DNA of 60,181 bases, filler included. It is 5 parts of 5 records of this genome, joined end to end, with 100 filler letters (N's around TTAATTAATTAA, not from the genome) between each part and the next. Parts side by side here need not be neighbours in the genome. Positions count along the whole stretch, not along the records: positions 38,768 to 52,903 come from SRR31147125_25159; positions 53,004 to 60,181 come from SRR31147125_25209; 3 more parts are not named here. One strand, given 5' to 3'. The notes under the pieces are model-generated. The model worked only from the letters and a program-made list of their open reading frames with translations. It was not told where the DNA came from and ran no database searches. Below, piece by piece: positions 43,504-54,749 of the stretch. The stretch's first letter is position 1. Every line of letters starts with the position of its first letter. The translations under genes were made by a program, and so were the position numbers.

Positions 43504-45423
43504 ATGAAAACGATTAGATTAACTGTTGCTCAAGCTCTTGTTAGATTCCTTAACAATCAATATGTAGAGTTTGATGGCAAAGAGAGCAAATTTGTAAAAG
43601 GAATTTTTACAATATTTGGTCATGGCAATGTTGTTGGACTTGGTCAGGCTCTTGAAGAAAGCGGAGAGCTACTAATTCATCAAAGTAGAAACGAACAGGG
43701 AATGGCACATGCGGCTATGGGATTTGCTAAACAAAGCAATCGAAAACAAATCTATGCATGTACATCATCTGTAGGACCAGGTGCGGCAAACATGGTAACT
43801 GCTGCTGCTACTGCCAGTGCGAATAGAATACCAGTGTTATTCCTTCCAGGAGATACATTTGCAACTAGACAGCCAGATCCAGTATTACAACAACTAGAGC
43901 AATTTCATGATCTAAGCATTACAACAAATGATGCTTTTAGAGCTGTTAGTAAATATTGGGATAGAATTAACAGACCAGAACAATTAATGTCAGCAATGAT
44001 AAATGCTATGAGAGTACTTACAGATCCAGCTGATACAGGAGCAGTTACAATTGCATTACCTCAAGATGTACAAGGAGAAGCTTTTGATTATCCTGAATAC
44101 TTCTTTAAAAAGAGAGTGCATAGAATAGAAAGAAGATATCCTGTAAAAGAAGCAGTAAAAGAAGCAGTTGAATTAATTAAAACAAAGAAAAAACCAATAC
44201 TTATCTGTGGTGGTGGAGTTAAATACTCTGAAGCAAATGAGGCATTTAAAGCTTTCGCAGAAAAGCACAATATTCCATTTGGCGAAACTCAAGCTGGTAA
44301 AAGTGCCGTAGTTTGGGATCACGAATTAAACTTAGGTGGAATGGGAACAACTGGAAATCTTGCAGCAAACATAATTGCTCAGGAAGCTGATTGTGTAATA
44401 GGTGTAGGAACTAGATATACTGACTTTACAACAGCATCCAAATGGTTATTCCAAGGTTCGGCAGTTGAATATGTGAATATAAATGTAGCAGAGTTTGATG
44501 CATATAAATTAGATGCAGTTAAAGTAACTGCTGATGCAAAAGAGGGGCTAGAAGCTATTTCAGCAGCACTTGGTGATTACAAATCAGCATATGTAAATGA
44601 GATAAAAGAAGCTAAACAAAAATGGGCGGAAGAATTAGAAAGATTATTTACTCTTAAATATACTGATGATAACTTTAAGCCTGAAATAGAAGGCCACCTT
44701 GATCATGTATTACAAGAGTTCAAAGATCAAACTGGTTCTTGTTTGACTCAAACAAGAGTATTAGGATTGTTAGATGAACACTTAGATGATACTGCAATAA
44801 CGGTAGGATCTTCAGGAAGTTTACCTGGAGATATGCAAAGAGTATGGAGGCCGAAAGCTGTAAACACTTATCACATGGAGTATGGATACTCTTGTATGGG
44901 ATATGAAGTAAATGCAGCACTTGGAGTAAAAATGGCAAAACCTGAACAAGAAGTTTACTGTTTCGTAGGAGATGGGTCATACATGATGCTTCACTCAGAA
45001 TTACCTACTTCTATCCAAGAGGGTAAAAAAATAAATGTTGTATTATTAGATAATATGTCGTTCGGATGTATTAACAACCTTCAAATGGGAAGTGGAATGG
45101 GGAGTTTCGGTACTGAATTTAGAAAAAGAACAGAATCAGGACTTAATGGAAATTTAGTTTCCGTAGATTTTGCTAAAAATGCAGAAGCATATGGATGTGT
45201 AACATATTCAGTTAAAACTGAAGAGGAATTAGTAGCAGCAATAGAAGACTCTAAGAAACAGACAGTATCAACATTAATCGATATTAAAGTACTTCCTAAA
45301 ACAATGACTCACGGGTATGAAGCATGGTGGAGATATGGAAGTGCGGAAGTAGCTGAAAAAGAAGAAATTGTTGAATTAACAAACGAAGACAAAAAAGAGC
45401 TTGCTAAAGCAAGACATTATTAA
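43504..45423 (+). CDS. iolD: 3D-(3,5/4)-trihydroxycyclohexane-1,2-dione acylhydrolase (TPP-dependent)
   Basis: [48 protein letters not shown] and GDGS. Confidence 0.96.
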   Translation: MKTIRLTVAQALVRFLNNQYVEFDGKESKFVKGIFTIFGHGNVVGLGQALEESGELLIHQSRNEQGMAHAAMGFAKQSNRKQIYACTSSVGPGAANMVTAAATASANRIPVLFLPGDTFATRQPDPVLQQLEQFHDLSITTNDAFRAVSKYWDRINRPEQLMSAMINAMRVLTDPADTGAVTIALPQDVQGEAFDYPEYFFKKRVHRIERRYPVKEAVKEAVELIKTKKKPILICGGGVKYSEANEAFKAFAEKHNIPFGETQAGKSAVVWDHELNLGGMGTTGNLAANIIAQEADCVIGVGTRYTDFTTASKWLFQGSAVEYVNINVAEFDAYKLDAVKVTADAKEGLEAISAALGDYKSAYVNEIKEAKQKWAEELERLFTLKYTDDNFKPEIEGHLDHVLQEFKDQTGSCLTQTRVLGLLDEHLDDTAITVGSSGSLPGDMQRVWRPKAVNTYHMEYGYSCMGYEVNAALGVKMAKPEQEVYCFVGDGSYMMLHSELPTSIQEGKKINVVLLDNMSFGCINNLQMGSGMGSFGTEFRKRTESGLNGNLVSVDFAKNAEAYGCVTYSVKTEEELVAAIEDSKKQTVSTLIDIKVLPKTMTHGYEAWWRYGSAEVAEKEEIVELTNEDKKELAKARHY

Positions 45424-45443
45424 ACTCAGGAGGTATTTAACAA

Positions 45444-46346
45444 ATGGCTATGGATAAAAACAAAGTAAAATTAGGAATTGCACCAATTGCTTGGACAAAT
45501 GATGATTTACCTGAATTAGGATCTGAAAATACGTTTGAACAATGTGTTAGTGAAATGGCATTAGCAGGATTTACTGGAAGTGAAGTTGGTAATAAATATC
45601 CAAAAGATCCAGCAGTTCTTAAACCTATGCTTGACATTAGAGGAGTAGAAATCTGTAATGCATGGTTCAGTACATTCTTTGCTATCGGGCAAGAAGAGGA
45701 AACTATAGAAGGTTTTAAAAAACATAGAGATTTCTTACATGCTATGGGAGCAAAAGTTATAGGTTGTTCGGAACAAAGTCATAGTATCCAAGGTTTAGCA
45801 AAATCTATCTTCGATGAAAAACCAGTGTTTACTGATGAAGAGTGGGATAGATTAGCAGCTGGATACAATAAATTAGCCAAATTAGCTGAAGAAAAAGGAA
45901 TGAAAGTATCTCTTCACCACCATATGGGAACAGGAGTTCAAACACCTGCTGAGGTTGATAAATTTATGGAAATGACAAATGATGATGTATATCTACTATT
46001 TGATTCAGGACATATGTGGTACTCAGAAGGAACTCAAGAATCAGTTGAAGATATTTTGAAAAAATATGTTAATAGAATTGCACATGTACACTTAAAAGAC
46101 TGTAGAGCTGATGTTGTTGCAGAAGTTAAAGCAAACAAGTCAAGCTTCCTTGAAGGTGTAAAAAATGGAGCATTTACAATACCTGGAGATGGAGTAATCA
46201 ATTTCAAGCCACTATTCAAAATATTAGAGGATGCTGAATATGAAGGATGGATGGTTGTAGAAGCAGAGCAAGATCCAGCAAAAGCTAATCCATTTGAATA
46301 TGCAAAAAAAGCCAGAAAATTTATTTCAGAAGAAACTGGATTATAG
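45444..46346 (+). CDS. iolE: Myo-inosose-2 dehydratase
   Basis: [23 protein letters not shown] and VVEAEQDP. Confidence 0.96.
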   Translation: MAMDKNKVKLGIAPIAWTNDDLPELGSENTFEQCVSEMALAGFTGSEVGNKYPKDPAVLKPMLDIRGVEICNAWFSTFFAIGQEEETIEGFKKHRDFLHAMGAKVIGCSEQSHSIQGLAKSIFDEKPVFTDEEWDRLAAGYNKLAKLAEEKGMKVSLHHHMGTGVQTPAEVDKFMEMTNDDVYLLFDSGHMWYSEGTQESVEDILKKYVNRIAHVHLKDCRADVVAEVKANKSSFLEGVKNGAFTIPGDGVINFKPLFKILEDAEYEGWMVVEAEQDPAKANPFEYAKKARKFISEETGL

Positions 46347-46435
46347 TAAACTTATATACTAGAATTAATTAGTGTCCTTTAAAAAGTAGAGTAATTGAAA
46401 TTTAATTTGAAGATAAAAGAGGGTGACTTAGAATT

Positions 46436-47884
46436 ATGAAATATGGATTAATCAATAACTATGTCGGAGGTAAGTTTGTAGACTCTGAAACGGAAAAATT
46501 AGACATCTACTCTCCTGTAGATGGAAGCATAATTGCTCAAACGGTAATGTCAGGAGAAAAAGAATTAAATGAAGCTGTTGAAGTAGCTAAAAAAGCACAA
46601 GTAGCTTGGGGAGCTTTAACACATAAGAAAAGATCGCAAGTTCTTTACAACTACAGAAATTTATTAATGAAATATAGAGATGAATTAGGAGAGATTAATC
46701 ATATTGAAAATGGAAAAGATTTAGGAAATGCATTAGCAGGAATTGATAAAGCAATCGAATTAACTGAATTTGCATGCTCTATTCCACAACTTATTTCTGG
46801 ACCAATCCAAGAAGTAAGTACAGGTGTTGAGTGTAGAATTGATAGAAGACCTTTAGGGGTTGTTGCTTCAATAACTCCATTTAACTTCCCTGTAATGGTA
46901 CCACACTGGACAGTACCAAATGCAATTGCTTTAGGAAATGCAATCATCGTAAAACCATCAGAAGTAACTCCCATCTGTGCATCTAAAATGGCTGAGATGT
47001 GGAAAGAAGCTGGATTACCTGATGGAATACTAAACGTTGTTAACGGAGGAAAAGATGTAGTAGAAGCTATTTGTGACAACCCTGATATCAAAGCTGTATC
47101 ATTTGTTGGATCAACTCCAGTAGCAGATATCGTTTATAAAAGATCATCTGCAGCAAGTAAAAGAGTACTTGCTCTTGGAGGAGCTAAAAATCATATGGTA
47201 GTAATGCCTGATGCCACTGAAGATGCAACAGTTAGAGATCTAATGGCTTCTGCATTTGGAATGTCAGGACAAAGATGTATGGCAGCGTCAGTACTTATAG
47301 AGGTTGGAAATGTACAAAACATCATTGACAAACTAGTAGAACAAGCAAAAGCCATGGAACCTGGTGTAGATTTACCTCCATTAATCAATCCGGCAGCAAT
47401 AGAAAAAATTACTAATTATGTAGATAAATCAAAAGCTGAAGGAGCAACTATTCTTGTAGATGGTAGAGATAATGTTGATTCATCAAAAGCTGGTTATAAC
47501 TTTGGACCATCAATCATTGACTTTAGAAATGGTGGAACAATGGGAGCCGAAGAGATTTTCGGCCCAACACTTGAAATTGTACATGCAGAAACTTTAGAAG
47601 AAGCATTAACAATTCAAAATGCTTCTCCATATGGGAATGCAGGAGCAATATTTACACAAAATGGTAGATATGCATCTGAAGCGCTTGCAGGACTTCAAGC
47701 GGGAATGTTAGGTGTAAATATCGGAGTTCCTGTACCAAGAGAACCATTCTCATTTGGTGGAATAAAAGATTCAAAATTTGGTGTAGGAGATATTACAGGA
47801 GTTTCTTCAATTGACTTCTGGACATATGAAAGAAAAACTACAACAAAATGGAATGTAGAGAAAAAAGGTGACTGGATGAGTTAG
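46436..47884 (+). CDS. iolA: CoA-acylating (methyl)malonate-semialdehyde dehydrogenase
   Basis: ITPFNFP, SFVGSTP, GGAKNH, GQRCMA, EEIFGP and GVNIGVPVPREPFSFGG. Confidence 0.92.
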   Translation: MKYGLINNYVGGKFVDSETEKLDIYSPVDGSIIAQTVMSGEKELNEAVEVAKKAQVAWGALTHKKRSQVLYNYRNLLMKYRDELGEINHIENGKDLGNALAGIDKAIELTEFACSIPQLISGPIQEVSTGVECRIDRRPLGVVASITPFNFPVMVPHWTVPNAIALGNAIIVKPSEVTPICASKMAEMWKEAGLPDGILNVVNGGKDVVEAICDNPDIKAVSFVGSTPVADIVYKRSSAASKRVLALGGAKNHMVVMPDATEDATVRDLMASAFGMSGQRCMAASVLIEVGNVQNIIDKLVEQAKAMEPGVDLPPLINPAAIEKITNYVDKSKAEGATILVDGRDNVDSSKAGYNFGPSIIDFRNGGTMGAEEIFGPTLEIVHAETLEEALTIQNASPYGNAGAIFTQNGRYASEALAGLQAGMLGVNIGVPVPREPFSFGGIKDSKFGVGDITGVSSIDFWTYERKTTTKWNVEKKGDWMS

Positions 47885-47964
47885 ACACTATTCTTAATTG
47901 AGTGTATGAGATATACTAATAAACTTAGTTATTTTAATGAGCGTAGCTGCTTAATTATTATAAC

Positions 47965-48010
47965 CCTTCTGTTAGGGGCGGTATATAGCCCCGCCCCAAC
48001 AAAAAAAGGA
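47965..48010 (+). terminator. Hairpin after iolA
   Basis: GGGGCGG...CCGCCCC GC-rich stem. Confidence 0.45.
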
Positions 48011-48146
48011 TTGAAAAAACTAAAAAATTATATTTAGTTAAAAATACATTACTTCATCAAACTAAAAAAAGCTTTTTACAATTGGATGCTTAGGAAATGT
48101 ATAAAATTAACCGAAATTTATTAATTGATTTTAAGGAGGAAATGGA

Positions 48147-49202
48147 ATGTATAAAGGTCCTTTACACGAAATGGCAGCAACAACGCCTACCCAATATTGG
48201 ATGGATTCGTGCTCAATTGAAGCACTAAAATATGCAATAGAAAGAGGTGCGGTTGGAGCAACAACAAATCCTGTTATTGTAAAAAACGTTCTTAAAGAAG
48301 AGCTTGATAATTATAAAGATTTAATCAAAAAAACAGTTGCAGATATGCCAGAAGCAACAGAAGATGAGATTGCCTGGGCGATCATCGAGCATATGGCAGT
48401 AGAAGGAGCAAAATTATTAGAACCTGTATTTGATCCAGCAACTGGAAAAGGTAGAATCTCAATCCAGACAAATACAAAATATCATAGAAGTACCAAATTA
48501 TTAGTTGATCAAGCAGTAAAGTTTGATAAATTAGGTCCAAATATGCAAGTAAAAATGCCTGTTACATCAGCAGGAATTGAAGCTTTTGAAGAAGCAACAT
48601 ACAGAGGAGTTAGTGTTAACGCAACTGTAAGTTTCACTTGCCCTCAAGCATTACAGGTAGCAGAAGCAGTAGAAAGAGGATTGAAAAGAAGAGAAGCTGA
48701 AGGTTTAGATAACTCAAAAATTAATCCTGTATGCACAATTATGGTTGGTAGAACAGATGACTGGATAAAAGAAGTGGCAAACAGAGATGGAATAATTGTC
48801 AATCCAGATTATTTAGAGTGGTGTGGAGTTGCAGTATTCAAAAATGCTTATAAGATCTATAAGGAAAAAGGATACAAAACTAAACTTTTAGCCGCGGCAT
48901 ATAGAAATCACTATCACTGGTCGGAGTTTATTGGAGGAGATGTACTTGAGACAATTCCTTATAAATGGCAAAAAAGATTTAATAAATCAGATGTTACAGT
49001 AGAAAATAGAATGGATACAGTAGTAGATCCTAAAATTGTAGAGGAGCTAAGAGAAAAGTTCCCTGACTTTAGAAAAGCTTATGATGCAGACGGAATGACA
49101 CCTGAAGAGTTTGATACTTATGGTGTTGTTGTTAAGACACTAAAAGGTTTTTATGCTGGATATGACGAGTTAGTAACTATTATTAGAAATTTCATCGTTT
49201 AG
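48147..49202 (+). CDS. Transaldolase-family protein
   Basis: WMDS, GATTNPV, QVKMP (Schiff-base Lys), VNATVSF and MVGR. Confidence 0.88.
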   Translation: MYKGPLHEMAATTPTQYWMDSCSIEALKYAIERGAVGATTNPVIVKNVLKEELDNYKDLIKKTVADMPEATEDEIAWAIIEHMAVEGAKLLEPVFDPATGKGRISIQTNTKYHRSTKLLVDQAVKFDKLGPNMQVKMPVTSAGIEAFEEATYRGVSVNATVSFTCPQALQVAEAVERGLKRREAEGLDNSKINPVCTIMVGRTDDWIKEVANRDGIIVNPDYLEWCGVAVFKNAYKIYKEKGYKTKLLAAAYRNHYHWSEFIGGDVLETIPYKWQKRFNKSDVTVENRMDTVVDPKIVEELREKFPDFRKAYDADGMTPEEFDTYGVVVKTLKGFYAGYDELVTIIRNFIV

Positions 49203-49311
49203 TAAAAACTAGTTTAAGATAATGTACTTTGTTGAATGAACAATTAAATAAAATTTCACTTTTTGGACTGCACGACAGTTCATATAATATATATAAGGAG
49301 GAAAGTTTATT

Positions 49312-50262
49312 ATGAAAAGAAGTTTGAGAAGTATTATTTTGGTGTCATTATTAATGGTGATTTTAGGTAACTCTGCATTTGCATTGTTTGGATTCGGTAA
49401 GAAGAAAAACAAAAAGATTAAAATTGGGGTAACAATTGCGAACTTTGATGACACGTTCCTAACGTATATGATGGATGGAATGAAAGATTATGCAAAAGCA
49501 AATGAAGCAGAAATTGAAATTGAATTTACTGATGCAAAAGAAGATATGGCAAAACAAATGGATCAGATTGAAAACTTCTTAGTTCAAGGTAAAAACGCAA
49601 TTATCGTTGTACCAGTTGATACTAGTGCAGCTGGACCAATTATTTCAAATGTAACTAAAGAAGATATTCCTTTAGTATTTGTAAACAGAAACCCAGGAAA
49701 ATTACCTGAAGGAGCATACTATGTAGGATCTGAAGAGATCGTTGCAGGTAGATTACAAATGGAATTTTTAGTAAAAGAATTAGGTGAAAAAGCAAATGTG
49801 GCTATCTTAATGGGTAAACTTGATAACGAAGGTGCTTTAAAAAGAACTGAAGGTAATGAGTTAATTGCAAAAAATTATCCAGGAATTAAAATATTAGATA
49901 AACAAACTGGATTATGGCAAAGAAATGAAGGTATGATGAAAACTGAAGATTGGTTAAACAGATTCGGTAATGATTTAGACGCAATTCTTGCTAACAATGA
50001 TGATATGGCTCTTGGAGCAATTCAAGCATTAAAAGATTCAAAAAGAATGGATATAATTGTACTTGGTGTAGATGCTACTCCAGATGCAAGAGCTTCTGTT
50101 AAAGCTGGAGAAATGAATGCAACTGTATTCCAAGATGCTGCTGGACAAGGTGGAGGATCAGTTGAAATTGCATTTAAAGCTGCAAAAGGTGAAAAAGTTG
50201 ACCAAGAAACTTGGATTCCATTTAAATTAGTAACACCTGAAAATGTTGCTGAATTTGAATAA
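49312..50262 (+). CDS. Sugar (probably inositol) ABC substrate-binding protein
   Basis: RbsB-like motifs FDDTF, VFVNR, ANNDDMALGA, GVDAT and TVFQD. Confidence 0.9.
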   Translation: MKRSLRSIILVSLLMVILGNSAFALFGFGKKKNKKIKIGVTIANFDDTFLTYMMDGMKDYAKANEAEIEIEFTDAKEDMAKQMDQIENFLVQGKNAIIVVPVDTSAAGPIISNVTKEDIPLVFVNRNPGKLPEGAYYVGSEEIVAGRLQMEFLVKELGEKANVAILMGKLDNEGALKRTEGNELIAKNYPGIKILDKQTGLWQRNEGMMKTEDWLNRFGNDLDAILANNDDMALGAIQALKDSKRMDIIVLGVDATPDARASVKAGEMNATVFQDAAGQGGGSVEIAFKAAKGEKVDQETWIPFKLVTPENVAEFE

Positions 50263-50370
50263 TCTGAATTTAAAAAACTGAGTAATATGTGATAAATTAA
50301 GTAGATTTGTAATTTTGGAGGGGCTTAAATGCTCCTCCGAAAGATAGTAAAAAATGATAGGGGGAAGCCC

Positions 50371-51870
50371 ATGAGCTATGAATATTTATTAGAAACAAGA
50401 GGTATAGTAAAAACTTTCCCTGGTGTTAGAGCTCTTGACGGAGTGTCTTTAAAGATTAGAGCTGGAGCCGTACATTCTCTTATGGGAGAAAACGGAGCTG
50501 GAAAATCTACTCTGATGAAGGTGTTAAATGGAATCTATCATCCAACAGAGGGTACAATTCTTTATAAAGATGAAGAAAAAATATTCAATGGACCTTTAGA
50601 TTCAATTTACACTGGAATAGCGATGATACATCAGGAACTATCTCCAATACCACATAGAACAGTAATGGAGAATGTATGGTTAGGAAGAGAGCCCTTAAAA
50701 GGACCTTTTAAATTAGTTGATCATAAAAAAATGGCACAGGATACGCAGGATTTATTTGATGATTTAGAGGTAAAAGGTATTGATCCAAAAGAGATGATGG
50801 GTAACTTAACTGTTGCCAAAATGCAAATGGTTGAAATCGCAAAAGCAATCTCATATAATTCAGAAGTTGTAATAATGGATGAACCTACGTCATCATTAAC
50901 GGAAAAAGAAGTTACCGATTTATTTAAAATAATAAGAAAATTACGTGATGATAATAAAGCTGTGATCTATATTTCACATAAAATGGATGAGATATTTGAA
51001 ATATCAGATGACATTAGTGTACTTAGAGATGGCCAACATATTGGATCATATAGTGCATCAGAATTAACCACGGACTCGCTTATTGCTCTAATGGTTGGTA
51101 GAGAATTAGATGATATGTTCCCAAAAGTTGATTGTAAAATTGGTGAAGTGAAATTAAAAGTTGAGAATTTAAGCAGCGGTAAAGTATTTCAAAATGTTTC
51201 ATTTGAAGTTCGAAAAGGTGAAATCTTAGGATTTGCTGGATTGGTTGGAGCTGGAAGAACTGAAGTAATGGAAGCATTATTTGGAATGAGAACAAAAACT
51301 TCTGGTGATGTTTACATTGACAATGAAAAAGTTAATATTCAAACACCTGAAGATGCTATCAAAGCAAGAATAGCGATGCTTACAGAAGATAGAAGAAAAT
51401 CAGGAATTATACCAATGCTTGATATCAAAGACAACACTGTTTTGGCACATATAGATAACTACAGAAATGTATTCGGAAAATTCTTAAATCATAAACAGAT
51501 TAAAAAAGATTGTGAAGAATATAAAGAAAAAATAAGAATAAAAACTCCTAACTTAGAACAAAAGATAATGAATCTAAGTGGAGGAAATCAGCAAAAAGTA
51601 CTTGTAGCAAGATGGTTGTTAACTGATCCTGATATCTTGATTTTAGATGAACCAACACGTGGAATAGATGTTGGAGCAAAATCAGAGATTCATACCTTGG
51701 TAACAAATCTAGCTGCACAAGGAAAAGCTGTTATACTTATCTCATCCGAGTTACCTGAGGTAATGGGTATGAGTGATAGAATTGCAGTAATGCATAGTGG
51801 GCACTTGACTGGAATATTGGATAGAGCTGAAGCAACTCAAGAAAAAATAATGAAACTAGCAACGGGATAG
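50371..51870 (+). CDS. Sugar ABC ATPase (RbsA/MglA-like)
   Basis: GENGAGKS, MDEPT, LSGGNQQK and DEPTRGIDVGAK. Probable start MSYEY. Confidence 0.93.
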   Translation: MSYEYLLETRGIVKTFPGVRALDGVSLKIRAGAVHSLMGENGAGKSTLMKVLNGIYHPTEGTILYKDEEKIFNGPLDSIYTGIAMIHQELSPIPHRTVMENVWLGREPLKGPFKLVDHKKMAQDTQDLFDDLEVKGIDPKEMMGNLTVAKMQMVEIAKAISYNSEVVIMDEPTSSLTEKEVTDLFKIIRKLRDDNKAVIYISHKMDEIFEISDDISVLRDGQHIGSYSASELTTDSLIALMVGRELDDMFPKVDCKIGEVKLKVENLSSGKVFQNVSFEVRKGEILGFAGLVGAGRTEVMEALFGMRTKTSGDVYIDNEKVNIQTPEDAIKARIAMLTEDRRKSGIIPMLDIKDNTVLAHIDNYRNVFGKFLNHKQIKKDCEEYKEKIRIKTPNLEQKIMNLSGGNQQKVLVARWLLTDPDILILDEPTRGIDVGAKSEIHTLVTNLAAQGKAVILISSELPEVMGMSDRIAVMHSGHLTGILDRAEATQEKIMKLATG

Positions 51871-51930
51871 AATAACCTAGATAATTAGGTTAAGTATCAA
51901 AGTGTATAGCACTTGAAAGGTGGAATGTTA

Positions 51931-52903
51931 ATGGATAGCAACAAATCAAAAAAACTTAAAAGTTTCATAGGAAAGTATGGAATATATTTAGTTTTAGTTT
52001 TAATGATATTAATAATGTCGGTATTATCGCCGGTATTCTTATCAACTAGAAACTTATTAAACGTTATTAGGCAGGTATCTGTAATTGGACTTATTTCTTT
52101 GGGTGTAACACTTGTTATTATTTCAAAAGGTATTGACCTGTCAAGTGGATCAGTTCTAGCACTATCAGCAGTAGTAGCTGCGAGTTTGGCACAAAAAAGT
52201 GATTGGGCTGCTAAGATGTATCCGAACTTACCAGATCTTCCATTATTTGTTCCTATTATGGCAGCTGTAATAGTTGGAACATTAGTTGGAATGATGAATG
52301 GTAGTTTTATAGCACTAACAGGAATACCTGCATTTATCGCAACATTAGGTTCTTACGTATCTATAAGAGGACTTGCGCTATTATATTCAGATGGTAGACC
52401 AATTAGTTCTCTAAACGAATCTTATCAATTTATTGGTCAAGGTTATATAGCCGGAATACCTTTTCCTGTTATTATCTTCCTAGTGATGGCTCTTGTCACG
52501 TGGGTTATGCTTAATCATACTAAATTTGGTAAAAGTATCTATGCTGTTGGTGGAAATATTACAGCAGCAGAAGTATCAGGAATAAATGTAAAGAAAACAT
52601 TAATTAAAATTTATGCTTATGCAGGTATGCTTGCAGGGCTATCAGCAGTAGTTTTAACTGCCCGTGTTAATACAGGTCAACCAGGAATGGGTGTTGGGTA
52701 TGAGCTAGATGCTATCGCAGCAACAACAATTGGTGGTACAAGTCACTCTGGAGGTATTGGAACAATTCAAGGTGCTGTTGTAGGAGCACTAATATTAGGA
52801 GTATTAAATAATGGTCTTAACTTATTAGGTGTATCTGCATACTGGCAACAAATACTAAAAGGTGCAATAATCGTAGGAGCAGTTATAATTGATATGAGAA
52901 AAA
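51931..52903 (+). CDS. Sugar ABC permease (RbsC-like), truncated at the contig end
   Basis: GIDLSSGS, PAFIATLG and GYELDAIAA. Confidence 0.92.
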
Positions 52904-53003
52904 NNNNNNNNNNNNNNNNNNNNNNNNNNNNNNNNNNNNNNNNNNNNTTAATTAATTAANNNNNNNNNNNNNNNNNNNNNNNNNNNNNNNNNNNNNNNNN
53001 NNN
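52904..53003. other. Artificial contig linker
   Basis: N44-TTAATTAATTAA-N44. Confidence 0.98.
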
Positions 53004-53196
53004 TCGCTCCGCATGCCATCGCTAACAACGGGGAAGAATCTATTAGAAGATTCTTTAGATTATACGCACTTAAAAAGCTATTATTGATTATGAAGAAAAC
53101 CAGCATAAAAACGACGATCGACAGAGCACTAAAATATTTTAACGCACCTTGTTCTTTTATTTTATTCAGTCTGAAACCTGTTTTGTTCTTTTCCAT
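53004..53196 (-). CDS. Second sugar ABC permease, N-terminal part (truncated)
   Basis: TM helix followed by FLSAYNLKNLL; downstream of the ATPase. Confidence 0.75.
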
Positions 53197-53207
53197 TATT
53201 CGACTCC

Positions 53208-54734
53208 TCACATCATCAGTTTGACTATAGAAACTTTATCTGGTTTATCATCCACACTTGCATCAAACTCACCTCTGATAATACCATCACGCATAATAAT
53301 CACCCTATTGGCTAAGCCAATGCTCTCATCCAAAGTATCTGCAAGCAGGATAACAGATTTCCCTCTGCTCACCATCATGCGAATTAATGAATATATCTCT
53401 TCTTTTGCGCCTACGTCAACTCCACGTGTCGGATGGTTTAATATTAAAACGTCTGCTTCGCTTGCAATCGCACGAGCAAATACGACTTTCTGAGCATTGC
53501 CGCCGCTAAGTTGAATGAGGTCTTCAGAATAGCCGCTGGTCTTGATTCGAAGCTTCGATATCCATTCCTTTGCCTGATTTACTATGGATTTTTTAGAAAC
53601 CATCGGACCTTTCTTTAATCTTTTGTAATTGGATAATGCTATATTATCCGCTACACTTAAAATCCCAACAACACCTTCTTCATTCCTCTCTTTGGGAACC
53701 ATTAAAATACCTTTATTCAAAGCAGCATGCGGGCTTGAAAATGAAATTACTTTCTTATTTGATTTAATATTGCCGGATGTCGGCTTTACATCACCGCATA
53801 GAACATTACATAAGCTCTCTTTTCCAGACCCAACCACGCCGCAAAAGCTTAGAATCTCTTTCTTGTGGAGTTTAAACGAGCAATGTTTGAATTCTCCGTG
53901 AAGCCCCAAGTCCTCCGCTTCCAAAACTACCTCTTCCTCAGGTTCACTCTGATCTTTCAGCTGGTAATATTCATGAGTAGAAACACGTCCGACCATCATT
54001 TCATAAAGTTTTGATTCGTCAGCATTTGATGTTGACATATTGCCAACGTTCTTACCGTCTTTTAGTACATATACTTTATCGGATATCTCGAGTACTTCGT
54101 CAAGACGATGTGAAACGAACACGATCCCGTGACCCGCTGCCTTCAATTTCCTTATTTCTTCAAAAAGTTTCTCAACCTCATTTGAATTCAAAACCGATGT
54201 AGGCTCGTCAAAAAGGATGAGACATTGTTTATGTCCCGAGGTATTTGCTAAATTAATGACCTTTGTGATTTCAACCATCTGCCGTGTGGCAAAATCCAAA
54301 TCGCTGAGTTTCTTCTCGGCCTTAATATGTTCAAGACCTGTATTCTCAAGAACTTCAGATGCTTCTTTGTACATCTTCTTCCAATTTATGAAGCCGAATT
54401 TTCTAAAACGGTTTTCCTGACCGAAAAAGATATTCTGACCAACAGTTAAGCTGGTAATCAACGATTGCTCTTGAAACACCATACCCAAACCAAGTGCGTT
54501 TCCCTCTCTAGGTGAATGCGGAGAGTACGCTTTGTCTCGGATAAACATTTTCCCTTCTGTCTGCTTTTGAAAACCGATCATTATTTTAAGCAGTGTGGAT
54601 TTCCCGGCGCCATTCTCGCCAATCAGAGCAACGACTTCACCATGATTAACTTCAAAGGAAACATCACTTAAAGCGGTTGTACCTTGGAAAACCTTTGTTA
54701 TATTCTGAGCTTTAAAAAGAACGTCTTTTGACAT
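53208..54734 (-). CDS. Sugar ABC ATPase
   Basis: GENGAGKS, FDEPT, LSGGNAQK and PTRGVDVGAK. Confidence 0.93.
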   Translation of the reverse strand: MSKDVLFKAQNITKVFQGTTALSDVSFEVNHGEVVALIGENGAGKSTLLKIMIGFQKQTEGKMFIRDKAYSPHSPREGNALGLGMVFQEQSLITSLTVGQNIFFGQENRFRKFGFINWKKMYKEASEVLENTGLEHIKAEKKLSDLDFATRQMVEITKVINLANTSGHKQCLILFDEPTSVLNSNEVEKLFEEIRKLKAAGHGIVFVSHRLDEVLEISDKVYVLKDGKNVGNMSTSNADESKLYEMMVGRVSTHEYYQLKDQSEPEEEVVLEAEDLGLHGEFKHCSFKLHKKEILSFCGVVGSGKESLCNVLCGDVKPTSGNIKSNKKVISFSSPHAALNKGILMVPKERNEEGVVGILSVADNIALSNYKRLKKGPMVSKKSIVNQAKEWISKLRIKTSGYSEDLIQLSGGNAQKVVFARAIASEADVLILNHPTRGVDVGAKEEIYSLIRMMVSRGKSVILLADTLDESIGLANRVIIMRDGIIRGEFDASVDDKPDKVSIVKLMM

Positions 54735-54749
54735 CTACTGAACCCCCCG

